NCBI GenBank assembly: GCA_965153455.1
Contig: OZ234494.1
Span: 11,532,001 to 11,596,000 of the forward strand
Direction: 5' to 3'
DNA: 64,000 nt
From: Sphagnum compactum
Taxonomy: Eukaryota
Made by a program: the position numbers and the translations under genes. Position 1 is the stretch's first letter. Every line of letters starts with the position of its first letter. Of the stretch, positions 28,032 through 40,949 are shown one piece after another. The notes beneath the pieces were generated by a model, which ran no database searches, was not told the origin of the DNA, and was given only the letters and a program-made list of their open reading frames with translations.

Positions 28032-31000
28032 CTATACGCTCTTCTGGACTAGAAACTGTTCTGGTAATGTGACTGTACCCAACCCCATGACAACGAAAGG
28101 AGCCCATTGGTGGATACAATAGTTTTTGTTGATCATGTCCATCATAGATGCACGCAACGCAGATGCCACATCCATGCCATGCCTCATAGCTCTATACAGA
28201 CCTGTCATCAGGATGGGTGCAGATGCATCATCGACCTTCCACTTTGAGACTATGGTAGATGGGACTCCACTGAAGAGAAGGGCTCTTGCAAGGTTTAAAG
28301 TTCCTTCACTCTTCACGTCTCCCTTGGCAGTTTCACAAGCACTCAAGACTACCAGCAACATCCGCCACTCGTAGTCCTTAACAATCTCCTCTGAAGTCAA
28401 GTGATGGGGATCAACCTTCCTCCTTCGAAGCCCACCATGTCCTCGACCATGGAATGCAGGCTCTTGTGCTTGCAATGGCATAATAGGTGTGGAAGATGAG
28501 GCTTCATCAGATGTTTTCATCTGAGATTCACTCTGCAAGCTGAGGTTGGACATGTCATGACTAAGTTTGGATGTAGGAACAGGAGGCCAATCTTTTACCT
28601 TTGGATCAGCAAACTCAAGAGCTCCTTCTATGAAATCATCATCTGCTCCTTTGCCATGGGTCGCCAAGTGCATCACAGCTTGGTATTTCCCAGATGCAGT
28701 TGCAAGTTGGGCCCAATCCAGAACTTCATTCTTTACAGCACTTTTCCCCTTCAACAACCGCACATTTTGGTGTCCAAGAATGTCAGCAATGGTGTCGGCC
28801 TCCATCTCAGAAAACTCAAGACGTAATTCACCAGAGGAGAAGGCTGGGTCTCCAAGCACCAAGGCTGCTCCTGTGCTCTCCATGAGTGGGAGATGTTGAA
28901 GAGTCTTTAGACGTTGATTGCATTGTTTGAGGATGCGCAAGGAAGGTGTGCAGACAATGGTGTGGCGTTCAATCAGAAATTTCTTGGTCCTGGGATTACG
29001 AAGAGCTGCAAATGGCACACCTGCAAGGATCTGATGCACAAGTCACAGTTGCTAGCTGTTATTTCAGCCAATGCATATGTCAACTTACACAATCTAAGGT
29101 GTTGGATGAATCAAGCAATATCAAAGATGAAACTAGAAGGTAGTTTCAATACCTTATTGGCACAAATGACCAATTTGTGATGTTCTTCCATTTCGTCCAA
29201 TACAAGCTGGATTCGTGAAAAAAAAGCTTCATGCAGGTCCTCCAAAATTTGAATCAGCTCTTGTTCTGGAAGCATTGAGTTAGATTTCTGAGACATGTGG
29301 TCAGTCAGTTTTTTGATTAGAATCTCCAAGTCCTCTTCTGGTTTGTCTGATAGCTGCATGCGAACTGCGCCATCCTGTCAGTCAACAAGAAAATTGTGAG
29401 GATTGTACTTTTGAAATTAACATTCACTTCATGAGTATAAATTGAAGGGAAAAACACAATGCACTGGAGGTTCTCACTCAAAGGTGAGTGAGTGTGTGGG
29501 TTTTTTAGTGGCATTCTATTCCAGTGCATGACAGGTTACCGGTGGCTTCAAATAGGTTTTATTTGGGGCACACCTGTGCTACCGCATAAATGATGAATTT
29601 CTCCTTATCCTCACCATCCGTCTTGATGAATTCTAGCATGACTGTGCCAGGGCCGGATACATCTCTGCTTTCTTCTATACTTGTAAATGCTTCTCCCCAG
29701 TCATCCATGTCAAACCTTTGCAGTTCTGATCGGGTGCTCCGGCCCATATTTCTTTCAGTGAGTTTGAATGCAAGTGATCGGCTGTGACCTCTTTCTGCCC
29801 ACAAGAGTGCTTGAGAACCCCAAAGATTAGAATTTCGAATAAATTCTGGGGTTACTGTCATCTGATTATTGATGTACTCCCAGCGGATAATCTCATATAT
29901 TGATCTTTGTATCACATAATATGTACCCATGGACACATTGTCATGTCGCTCCAGAACAGAAATCCAAAGAGCATTGGTGTCCCTCAGGCCGTACAAGAGC
30001 CTGTTGAGGTTTCGTCCAGAGGCCTTATGGTGATTGAGAGCGGTTCTCAAACAAGCATATCCATCTTTGCTAAGTTTGGCATGACGAGGTAAAACCAGTC
30101 TCCAGTTTGTGTAGAGTAGGAAACCAAGCATCTTATTGTAGTTGGCCATATTGTAAATGTCTTCTCTCTGTTCCGCTACTTTAAGAGCCTCGTGGAGATT
30201 GTCCATTGACTCCCGAAAATGATACATAAATGGCAGAGTTTCATCATTCCCCGGGTAGGCACCGACACCAAATTGAACCTCTCGCCGAACTGCTCTGAGA
30301 AATAAAATTGAGTGACACTCACCAATTAGACCATGACACTCCATTGTGTAGTACATTGCATCACTGCCATCCTCAGAGATCAATTCCAGGCATTGGTGGA
30401 AACACACAACTGCCTCCTCTAGCTTATCTTCACTCATGAGGTGTTTTCCTTTGAGACATAGAAGATTCCACTTTGTTATATCATCAGGTTTTTCATGTTT
30501 GGTATCTGCGTCATGCGGTTCAAATTTTTCAAGAAACTGCTCTGCCCATTTTACCTCAGCATTGTATTCATCTTCATTAACATCAGCTGTCATGGTTTGA
30601 CGGAAAATTTCTCTCTTTAAATGACTTGTATATGGTAGTGTAGCTAGGGCTCGTATTGCATCAGGAGATCCTTGATCAAATGCATTCTTCTTCAACTTCT
30701 TCATGACATCTGGGAGGATTTTTCTGGCCTTTTCATCCTCTCCCAAATGCAGTAGCATGGGAATAGATCGCAAGAGTACATAATTGTACAAAGGTTTCTT
30801 TTTGTCCGCTTCCAGCAGCTCCAGTCTCTTTTCATTCCAGAAAAGAGCCTCTCCATTTCTTCCCCAATCCTCGTATTGCTTACTCAGATGCCAACAAATG
30901 AACACCTTCAAATCCAAATCACTCACTGACCCGTTGAATACTTCAGGAAAGAATTTGCGAGCTTCGAGAACTGCTTCTGCAATACGCCGAGTTTCTGTCT

Positions 31001-33084
31001 CCTTATCCAATGAGAAATCTACATCATATGCCCTCTCATACATTACCTCAACAATAGAAAATTTCAACGCCTTGATCGTTGAACCTAACTCTGTGTGAGC
31101 CTGAATTGCCTCTGCTTCTGTCAAACTTGCTCTGTAACATTCAATAGCTTTCATGTGATCTACAAGGTCTAGTCTGTAAATACGTGCAAGGTTTTCATAA
31201 GCCCATCCCAAATTTTTTATCCTTGCTAAGGGGGGATATTCGTCACTGGCTGCTCTAACTACAGCTAGACACCTCCCAAAACACTGTTCAGCTGCAAGTA
31301 TCTGCCCTGCAGCTTTAGCAGTCTTGGCCTTCACACCAAATTCCCTAAATCTGTGGAGACATAATTTCGTGTTCTTTGAGAACCGCTGAAATTCCACAGA
31401 AGGATATTTAGGTATTTTGTCAAGCATTGGATCACCTGTTACAACATCTTGCATCTTCAAGTCTGTCAACCACTGATCCCAATCGCTCTTCCTATCATTT
31501 CTTTGCAGCTTCGCATACCCGAGGCTCAACATGTAAGCAAGAGAGCTCGAAACTTCTACGTCATTGAGGGTCTTCCATTCATCAACAATATCTCGAGCTT
31601 CCTCCTGCAAGGGCACCATATTAAGTACCGTCTTCCCAGCAGCTTGATCAAATTCTTTGGGTCCATCAACCCACTCAAACATTGTCAAGCAAAGCGCAAA
31701 TCTGATCTCGTTGTAGGATGGTGCCACCACTCCTTCCGAGCTGGATGCAATCTTTGCCCTGGTGGACAGCAACAATTGCAGATACTCAATTGCCTTTGAG
31801 TAGTCCGGACTGTGACTGTATCTGTGTAGATTTGCAAGTGCTAGGTACACCCAAAATAGTGCAATGGTTGAACTAAGAGATCCTGCAACGTGTTCGTCCC
31901 CTTCTGATGCTTGCTCAAGATAGAGCTTGCACTGATCGTAAAAAAATTCAGCTTCCGTCCCATTTCCTAGAGCATCCATGTGCAGGGCGTGCTCAGCAAG
32001 TTGTTCAAATATCTCGAACCATGTACCTGTCTCCAATAACCTGCTTTTCAGGCTTTCCAACGACTCGAGCTCAAGAAATCCGGTGCAGACTTGCATCCAT
32101 CTAGTTGCACCCTGCAGCATTCATTACATTATTGAATGTATCACAATTTTGACAGGCCCTTACATGAGTCTCCATGTATACGTAGATTTCTAATTAACTC
32201 TTACTTGTGTCTTTTAAACTCTCTAACATTGTCAGGTATGTGACCCATTCCTTGTACAATTGCTTGCTAACAGTAACACAATGACACAATAACAAACTAT
32301 GAAGAGGCTGTTCTAGTCCAAGCAAGAAATGAAAACTAGTTGAGACATCCCATCATATTCGCACGGAATTAAGTAACAATGACAAAAATGAGGACTAGAG
32401 ATAAAGAGGTCTATTCATGAATGAAGGTGGTTTAGTAAATATAGGACCTAGAAAGAACCCTAAAGGACTACTGCTCTTTAGCAAGGGTGAGCTCTGACGT
32501 TTTGACCAACAAATCTAATCACAATGGAAAACATTCATTGAGCCAGAGACAGAATTCGAACATATTTTCATATATATAAGAAGCCAGAATCATCTGAATG
32601 AAGCAGAACTAGCAGAGATAGTTCAGCGAACTTAATCTGGTGTGCTTCTATCATATCATTTCGGCAGTAACAAACAGGGAAGATATAAAGGAGGATATGG
32701 ATTGAGATTGAATGCATTCAAGCTCACAGATTAAGAGCTTTAGGGATGTTTGGAAAAAGACCACAGTAACTGTAGATAAGTATCTCACAGAACACCATTG
32801 GACATACCCCTGTTGCAATTGAACCAAACCTACCGGTTCGAAGGCAAAACAAAAATCAAAATGTCACCTCAATGAATCATGTGAGAAAGCAGGAAGAGGG
32901 TGAAATGTACCTCGCCTCCGGTAAAAATCCACGGTGCCATGGCTTCCTCTTTAATGTACTCCTCCTGGAATGTTCCTTAACGTCCACAGAAAAGCCTTGC
33001 TTACTCTCAAAGTCAGCTCCTATTTTCGGTGCCTTCAAATCAGCAGAAACTCCCCTCCCTCTATACGTGATTCTCTTCAACAAA
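28032..33084 (-). CDS. TPR-repeat + C-terminal CHAT (caspase/HetF-like, clan CD) cysteine protease, about 1250-1300+ aa. Confident exons: 29574-32111, 29153-29374, 28032-29030. Tentative upstream exons: 32808-32829 and 32911-33084. Start codon unresolved.
   Basis: All three core exons join in phase 0 through GT-AG introns. TPR-like repeats (LGWAYENLARIY..DHMKAIECYRASL; LEEAVVCFHQCLEL), pre-CHAT motif ALLWAERGHSRSL, KLVICANK|ILAGVPFAAL, ALVLGDP, catalytic His in VMHLATHG and Cys in LVVLSACETA, SKWKVDD, and terminal HQWAPFVVMG. No internal stops. Confidence 0.92.
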
Positions 33085-33628
33085 CTAGTACAAGTGAAGA
33101 TCCCTCGTGCCGATCGAATAATTGAAAGAAAGCTCTTAATTACTTGCAGTCATCGGACTTGATTCATGTACATATAACTCTTGCCACAGGCACTACACCC
33201 AGAACGCAATTTCTCTCTAACGTTAAAAGAGGACTTCCCGAAACTTCATTAAAACCTCAGGAGAATGCTATGAAAGAACTCATATATATAATTAGGGCAC
33301 ATGACTCCCTCTTGCGAATTGCAGGCAGCGCCCAGCGTCATAATCATTGATAGTACTGTCGACGAAGTTTGCAGGTTTTGCACCTAAGAGTGTCCTTAAG
33401 CAGCCTAAATGACAAACTGCAAGAAAATCGAGCGACTATGATCAAATTAGGATGTGAAAACGAACAAGCAGCGGTAGCGTGGAGCGGTAGTTTAGAGAAA
33501 CATACCACGGCTATGGCCACCAAACAGACACGGAAAGGGAGGTCTGCGACGCCACTGCTGCACTCCTGGCCCTTGTAGCTTCCGTTAATCTTCTCCAACT
33601 TCCTCCCACCCCCAAAATGCCCAGTGTC

Positions 33629-35355
33629 GGGTGGAAATTATTATATCACTCTCTACATTCCGATCAATCCTCTGGTCCCATTTCTTCACTACTGCTTTTG
33701 TTCTAGAACCTCCTGACTATAAACAATTTGTCATTAACGTAGTAGTTACTTAGTTATGACTAGTGGTAACCCGTGCCTGCAAGGCACGACACGGCACTGG
33801 GAAAAAACCTGGGAGTCCAAAGGAGACCCCAAAGAACCCCATACTCACAAGAAGAATCCATCCATCCAGAACTACTAATTAGATGGAACTCTAAATACGT
33901 AATATTTTCACCTGCATAATCATCCATCCAGAACTCCTGATTGGACGGAATTACAAATGCATGATATTTCATCCAAATAAATCACCATGCAAAACTTATC
34001 ATTAGACGGAACTTACGAATACATAAATATTTCATCCACATAATCAATCCATCCAAAACTCTAAGTAGACAAAACTACAAAATCTTTAATATTTCATCCA
34101 CAAATCATTCCTCCTAATTGGACGGAACTACAAATACATGATATCTCATCCTCATAACCACCCATCCAGAACTCTGAGCTCATTGGACGGAACTAAAAAC
34201 GTATAATATTTCATCCACATAATCACAGAACTGCCGGGTTTTCGTGCACAGAACTGCCGGGTTTCACGAAAACCCGGAAAAGAGGAGCCAGGCAGGTTTT
34301 TGGGTGGTTATTTTACTTTTACAATTTGGGATCTGGGTTTCAGGACCTCGACGGACGGACAAGACCTCGACTTTCAGGATCTCGACGGACAGACAAGTGA
34401 CTGGACCTCGATAAACGGACCTCGACAGACGCACGCACGCAACAAGTGACTTTATATATAAGATTGGACTATTGACACATAAACAACTCTCTTTTTATTT
34501 CTATGTGTATTTTGAGGGATCCACCCCAGCAGAACAACCCTGGGGCGTTATGCTCGGGGAGCTCCCCCCATTTTTATATGTTCCCACGTTGCCATGGAAT
34601 TCTTTTCTATGAAGCGGGCAAGACGTGAGGAAATAAAAAGAGAGTTGTTTATTTAAGGGGAGGTTCCCATGCTCATGCGTTCTCCTGAGGTTTGGGAACA
34701 TCCTGGGGTGCCCCTCCCTCAGGAGAACACGCTCGGGCGGAACCTCCCCTACAACAAAACGCACTGGCACAACATCCGTTGAGTGCGCTTTTAAAAAAGC
34801 AACCAGTTTTTAAAAAGGGAACTGAAAACCAATAGAAAACTGTTTCCTGACCACTTATCATCCATCCTTCGTAGTGTGAAGGTGGGCGGTGTTTTTTTTT
34901 CCCCCAAATATATGAGGTAGGTGGGTTGGCAAGAGGACTTAGCCAAAATTGGCTGCAGCGCAGACAGGAAAATAATGGAGATAATTAATATTAAAAAGAA
35001 AGAAAAAAGGTTTCTGCAGCCCCGATCCGAATATTTCAAAAAAATTAATAATCTTATATATAAAGTCACTTGTTGCGTCTGTCGAGGTCCGTTTATCGAG
35101 GTCCAGTCATTTGGCTCTCAGGACCTGAGTTTCAGGACCTCGATAAACGGACCTCGACAGACGCACGCACGCAACAAGTGACTTTATATATAAGATTGAC
35201 AGTGGTTAGTTAGGTTGTTATTATTTATTGAGTAATTAGTTACATGCGTTGCATTCAATGGTTCCCGTTCTCTAGTTTGGTATTTAGGTTTTTTTTTTCT
35301 TGTTTTGGCTAGTAATGAGATTAGCAACTTGATCAATAATTAGTGAGTTTTTTCA
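33629..35355 (+). repeat. Copia 5' LTR (33629-33759 + 35196-35355), split by a Helitron
   Basis: Both halves align to the 3' LTR, which reads ...ACTTATGA|TTGACAG... across the insertion point. Ends ...GAGTTTTTTCA. Confidence 0.88.
33760..35195 (-). mobile_element. Non-autonomous Helitron (composite)
   Basis: The minus strand starts 5'-TCTTATATATAAAG and ends with the hairpin CCGTGCC-TTGCA-GGCACGG followed by GTTACCACTAG-3'. Inserted between A and T with no TSD. Internal ~70-bp tandem repeats at 33858-34225. Confidence 0.88.
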
Positions 35356-35367
35356 TGGTATCAAAGC
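35356..35367 (+). promoter_or_regulatory. Primer-binding site (tRNA-iMet type)
   Basis: TGGTATCAAAGC immediately after the LTR-terminal CA (canonical TGGTATCAGAGC). Confidence 0.85.
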
Positions 35368-36252
35368 AGCTTGGGGATAACACCTAGTAGAATTCTCTTT
35401 GAGCATGTGAGCTTTGCTCCATGAAAACTAGCAGGTGTGGGTATAAGTGTGAGTCTTGCTCCACCATAGCAAAAGGGACAAAGCAAGAAAACTAGCAGGT
35501 GTGGGTATAAGCGTGAGCCTTGCTCCACCATAGCAAAAGGGACAAAGCAACTGACATTGAAGGTGTGAGTTATGTATCAAACCTTTTTCAATTTTGGTTT
35601 TCAGCAAGTAAGCTCACCATGATAAGTGTAAATAAGTTGGAGGGGTCAGCTAATTACACTTTTTAGAAATTTAGAGTGCAGACAATTCTGAAACGTGAGG
35701 ATCTATGGGATTTAATAGAGCCTCCGAAAGGAATCCTTGGTTCCAAAGGAAAGGTTGCAACATTTTTAATTTCAGATGGAAAAGCTTTCAGAAAGCATAA
35801 TAGGAAGGCTTTTTCTATTCTTAAACTCTCAGTTAAGAACCAAGTGGTACCTTATATCATGAACGTAATGACACACCGCATCATGACAACAATAAAAAAC
35901 TAATCGCACATCTAGCTTACGCAACTAAGTTGTTTGAAAAAACATTTGCAACTCTTACTGTTGAAGCTAAAGGTGAACCCTAGTACATTGATAGTGGAGC
36001 TAATAAACATGTGATCAGAAATGCAGAAGCTTTAGATCATGTCAAGGCTTTTGTAAAGTCTCAAAACATCAAGTCCGTATGTGGCAACTCCCATCATTTT
36101 CAAGGAAAAGGTGATGTAACTTTCCATTTTCCGATTGGAGAAATAAAAAAGATTGAGGATGTATTCTATTTACTTGACCTACACAAAATTTTGTTTTTTG
36201 TAAGAAGTCTAACTAACAAAGGTTTGATAACCATTTTTGATATCAGTGAATG

Positions 36253-37202
36253 TGTCGCAACCCTAGCCTTGGCTCGCGACCAAAGCAAGGGGGTCGCAAG
36301 TGTGCGGGCCTATAAGTAGACCCGGGAGTCATATCACATGCTCCCGGGAGTGCAAAGAGTGTGAGGGAGTGAACCCTCACACTCCCAAGTGAACTCCCAT
36401 GTTGGGAGTTGGTGAGAGTGGAGTCCCAAAAGGACTCTCAAAACTTCAGAGAGCGTTTTGAGGGGTCAAAACTCAATGGCTTGTTGCGCTCTTTATATCA
36501 ATGGAAAGCTCTTCAAGTGTAAATGTCTATAATGGGCTCGCATTACTCATTTGGACATCTGAAACACAAGTTATGGCCAAAAGAAGGCCCGGGAGTCGAA
36601 CTCCCGGGAGCTCCCGGGAGTCCGCCAGTTTTGACTCCCGACCACTAAAAGTCGGGAATCGACCCGAAATACTTGGCTGCAGAAAACGTGCGACATACGG
36701 TTGGAAAGGTCTCGACGAGACCTACAACTTTGCTTTAGACGGCAACTCAATCGGAGGTCGGCTCCGAAAGTTATGAGGCTTCAAAGTCGCGGGAGTCCAA
36801 AGTTGCGCGATTTCGGGACTCCCACGCGGGAGTCCCAGGACAAAAAGGCCATTTGGATGCCACCCCCGCGACGAGTCACAGAGTATACTATAGGGAGTAA
36901 GGTGGTGGCTTACTCCCGAGCCCGGGGTGTGGTGTGTCAAAGTGAGTCCGAGTTCACCCGTGGCTGTCCCAACACCAAAAGGACCCAGAATGAGTTCTAA
37001 CCACTTTGTGTGGTTTCATGCAGGCCCGTGTGAGTGAGTAAAGCTTGTCAATTCTTCCTAGTCTATCCCGGGACTTCTAGCACACCCCTCTCACCCCCCT
37101 CTAGTGCTAGAAGTCGGGAGCGTGCTCCAAGTTCCAACTCCTTCCGCATTGCCCCATACTTGGACCCTCAAGTGGGTCCACTAGGAACTTGGGAGTGTGT
37201 CA
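36253..37202. mobile_element. Solo-LTR-like dispersed element, copy 3 (opposite orientation to copies 1 and 2), inserted in Copia pol
   Basis: TGTCGCAACCCTAGCC...GTGTGTCA termini and a perfect TSD GAATG (36248-36252 / 37203-37207). Confidence 0.9.
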
Positions 37203-37970
37203 GAATGCCTTTTGCTTAATAAGCAAGGAGTTGTAGTTGCTAGAAGAGTGAAAGAGAAAAATGGTTTATACAAACTTGTAACTACAATTGTAGCAAGCAA
37301 AACATGTTGTGCTAAAAACCTTGAACATATTGTTTTGATGGGAGAAGTGTCAAATATGGTTGATTTCTGGCATAAATGACTAACTCACCTTAATCATAGA
37401 AGGGTCCACTACTTTAGTATAAATAATTTGGCCACAGGACTCCTTATTCTTCCTTTTCTACAAATAATCTTTAAAGGTTGTCAGCTTGGAAAACAACATA
37501 GAGAGAAAGCACCAAGATCAACTAGTTTCCGTTCAAATGCAATACTTGATTTTGTTCATTCTGATGTCTATGGACCACTTCAAGTTCCATCATTTGGTTT
37601 GTCACATTCATTGATGATTTTAGTTGCTACATTTCGGTGTTCTTCTTATGACAAAAGAATGAAGTTTTTTCAACTTTCATGAAGTTTAAATCTATAGTTG
37701 AAACAATCACAAGTAGAATATCAAATTGTTCCAAAGTGATTGAGGTGGTGAATTCCTAAAGAAGGAATTTTAGGAATTCTTGGACCGAATGGCATATCTC
37801 GGCAACTGAATCAAGTGAAAACACTTCACTCCAATGGAGTTATAAAAAGAACAAATCACACGTTGATGGAAAGGGTGAGATGCATGACTCAAACAAGTCA
37901 AAACCCCACATTTCCTATGGGCTAAAGTTGTAAATATAGCAAACTACTTTGTGAATTGATCGCCCACAAG

Positions 37971-38608
37971 GGTCAAAGCATGGTTGGGGTACCCAAAAGG
38001 GCCGTTTCATTTTATATTCACTCAACACCTTCACTTCAAAAACATGTTATTCAAACTTAATGACAAATTCATATTGAAAGTTTGATTTTATTCACAGATA
38101 AATACATTACAAAGGTATTATATGCATAGAATGTCAAATTTGAACAAGTTTAAAGATCCTACCAACTCCTTGAAAAAAATCCAAGACTTTGTCACATGAG
38201 AAAAAAAGTTCAAAGACTCATAAGGAATGTTTAAACGACTTTTTTTGGCCCAAGATTTTTATCACAAACACCTTATGTGTTAATGTGTATAAAATGTATG
38301 AATGTGACAAGAACCAAATGCCTTGTTGTAATGTTAAAAGTTTCAAAAAGTCAATTTTTGGGGAATTTTGGGCCATTGATAAAACATGGCCCACATTGGA
38401 TAAAGTTTACTATTATCACTTCCATAAGTGAAAACAATAGATACTTTAGAAGCCAACATAAAATTTAGAACAAACTTATTTCATTTGCATGAGAAAAAAG
38501 AATGATACGTAAAACAAATCATGGGAAAAGTGAAGAAAAAGGTGAATTTGGGAGTCCTAGGAGTGAATCTTTATGTTTCAAAGGGGGTACCCTGATCATG
38601 TTTGGACC
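37971..38608. mobile_element. ~640-bp TIR MITE inserted in the Copia integrase
   Basis: Left end GGTCAAAGCATGGTTGGGGTACCC is an imperfect inverted repeat of right end GGGTACCCTGATCATGTTTGGACC. The flanking duplication is CACAAG (or ACAA if the TIR is one base longer). Removing the element restores the integrase SPTRVNL. Confidence 0.85.
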
Positions 38609-40949
38609 CACAAGGGTGAATTTGGGAACAACCCCATTTGAGTATTCATAAGTAAAGCACCTGATCTTAGCCATTTAAAAGTTTTTGGTAGTTTAACCTA
38701 TGTACATGTTGATAAGAAAGGAAAAAAATTGGATGCAAAGGCCATCAAAACAACATTCATTGGGTATGACTCAGAAATAAAAGGTTTTAGGTGTTATAGT
38801 CTTTTGTTACAAAAAATCATTGTGTTTATAAATGTCCTCTTTGATGAGTCCCAATTTGGTTTTTCAACAAAACCAAATGTCTCTAGGTGGGATATAATGT
38901 TTCCACCAAATCTAATCTCTTTTCCTAAGACCAATAATAGTGATGAAGTCCATGATGGAAAGCCAATTGAACCTAGCAATGATGAATCTACATTTAGGAC
39001 ATAGTCTATAGCTTCACTTTAGAATGGTGTAACCTCATCCCCACAAGAATTAGAAGAACCAATTCTTGTAGATGAATTTGTTCCCCTATACACCCCCCAA
39101 TAACTCTCCACAAATAGTTCAACAAGACCTTGTATCGAGAAAACCTCCTTCCTGAGATCGAAAGGCTTTTCGAAGATTAGATGACTACATTGCCACTGCT
39201 GATTATGGAAGAGGGAGTGGAAATGAAGAACCCAAAACTTTTGCAGAAGCTATTGGAGACCCAAGGTGGATAAGGCCATGCATGAAGAAATGGATTCTAT
39301 CTAGGAAAATGGGACATGGATATTGGTGGACTTACCTCTAGGAAAAAATCTTGTCTTTTCCAAATGGGTTTTTAAACATAAAACAAGAGCTAATGGAACA
39401 CATGTTAAGCACAAAGTTAGACTTATGGCGAGGGGCTGCGAACAAGTGGAAGGCTTTTATTATGAAGACATGTTTACTCTTGTGGTAAAATGGGGTACTT
39501 TCAAAACATTGGTAGCACTTGTTGCTCGGTATAAATGGAGGCTTTCACACCTAGATGTGAAAACAACATTTTTGAATAGTAAATTGAAAGAGGAAATGTA
39601 GATGGTCCAACCTAAGGGCTTTGAAGTGCTAGGATAAGAGGAGAAGGTGTGTAAATTATTGAAGACATTGTATGGACTAAGATAGGTGCCAAAGGCATGG
39701 TATGAAGAAATTGACAACTACTTCAAGCAACAAGGATTGGTTAGGAGCTCTATAGATCACAATTAGTACTACATGCATGAAGATGGAAAAGTGGTCATTT
39801 TAGTCATCTATGTGGATGACTTGCTCCTAATAAGAAATCACACAAAGAGGATTAAATGGTTCAATAGACATTTTATCCATAGATTCAAAATGTCTCAACT
39901 CGGAAACATGGAGTTTTATTTTCAAATATATATATTTTATTTTCCTTCAAGCATTTTCATGACCCATAAAGGTTATGTTCGTTTCACATTTAAAGAGTTT
40001 GGTTTAAATGTATGTAACACCAGTCCTACACCCATGGCAAAGAACTCCAAGTTTTCAGTTAACATGGGTGAAGAGCATGTGGACAGTCATCTATTTTAGA
40101 AAATAGTGAGGAAACTAATTTATCTCACCAACACATGACCTGATATATTTTATGCAGTTGGGGTGGATAGCAGGTATATGGCCGCCCCACAAAAACCACA
40201 CATGGAAGCAATCAAAAGGATATTTAGGTATCTTCATGGTACAATTGATTTTGGGTTGATGTTCATTTCAATTGGAGAAATCAAGCTTGAAGGTTTCGTA
40301 GATGCAGATTGGGTTGGTGATACTGATACTAGGAGATCAACTGTTGGATATGCATTTCAACTTCGAGGATCAACTATCACCTGGTCAAGCAAATGACTTG
40401 CCAACAGTAGCCCTCTCATCAATTGAAGTCAAATATCAAGCAATTATTAAAGGTACAAAAGAATCCATATGGTTGCAAAACATGATTAAGGAATTAGGAT
40501 TCCTCATAGGGAAGGTGACCCAAATTTGGTGTGATAATTCTAGCAATATCAAAATTGCTAACAATCTTATTTTTCACGTATGAATAAAGCACATAGAAGT
40601 TCATAATCACTTTATCAGAGAAAAATTATTAACCGATGAGATTGAACTCAATCACATTCCTCCTAGTGATCAAGTAACAAACATCTTTACAAAACCTTTA
40701 GGAAAACAAAAATTTCTCTTATTTCGAAAAGCTTTTGGTCTATGTAATCTTCAGCGAATCAAAAGTAAAGAAAAAGAGCTCAAGGCCTAAAATTGAAAAC
40801 ATGTACTTGTCTAACTTATTCTACTAGGTTATCTCTTCCATTATCATGGAGTGGGATAAGGAATATGATAGCCAAAGCTAGTAGAAGTATTTGTGGAAAA
40901 ATCTTTTGTAAAACAACTGTTTGCACAATAACCTTCTATGTCAAGATAT

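Larger units (their letters stand above)
35620..40790 (+). pseudogene. Copia gag-pol remnant (truncated gag, protease, integrase, RT, RNase H)
   Basis: KLEGSANY..ILKREDLWD (gag), YIDSGANKH (PR), CQLGKQHR / VHSDVYGP (INT), FIGYDSEIKGFR, SKWVFK..HKVRLMARG, IYVDDLL (RT), DADWVGDTDTRRSTVG, CDN, KHIEV (RH). Many stops and frameshifts. Confidence 0.92.

Noticed and set aside
28032-29030. Calling the protease separase or metacaspase
   Set aside because: The motifs (HLATHG, LSACET, SxWxVDD, WAPF) and TPR N-terminus match the CHAT/HetF family rather than separase (C50) or plant metacaspases.
29559-32120. 853-aa ORF as a stand-alone gene
   Set aside because: It is one exon. Its ATG lies just upstream of an acceptor (TGCAG|) and it splices in frame to the CHAT exons.
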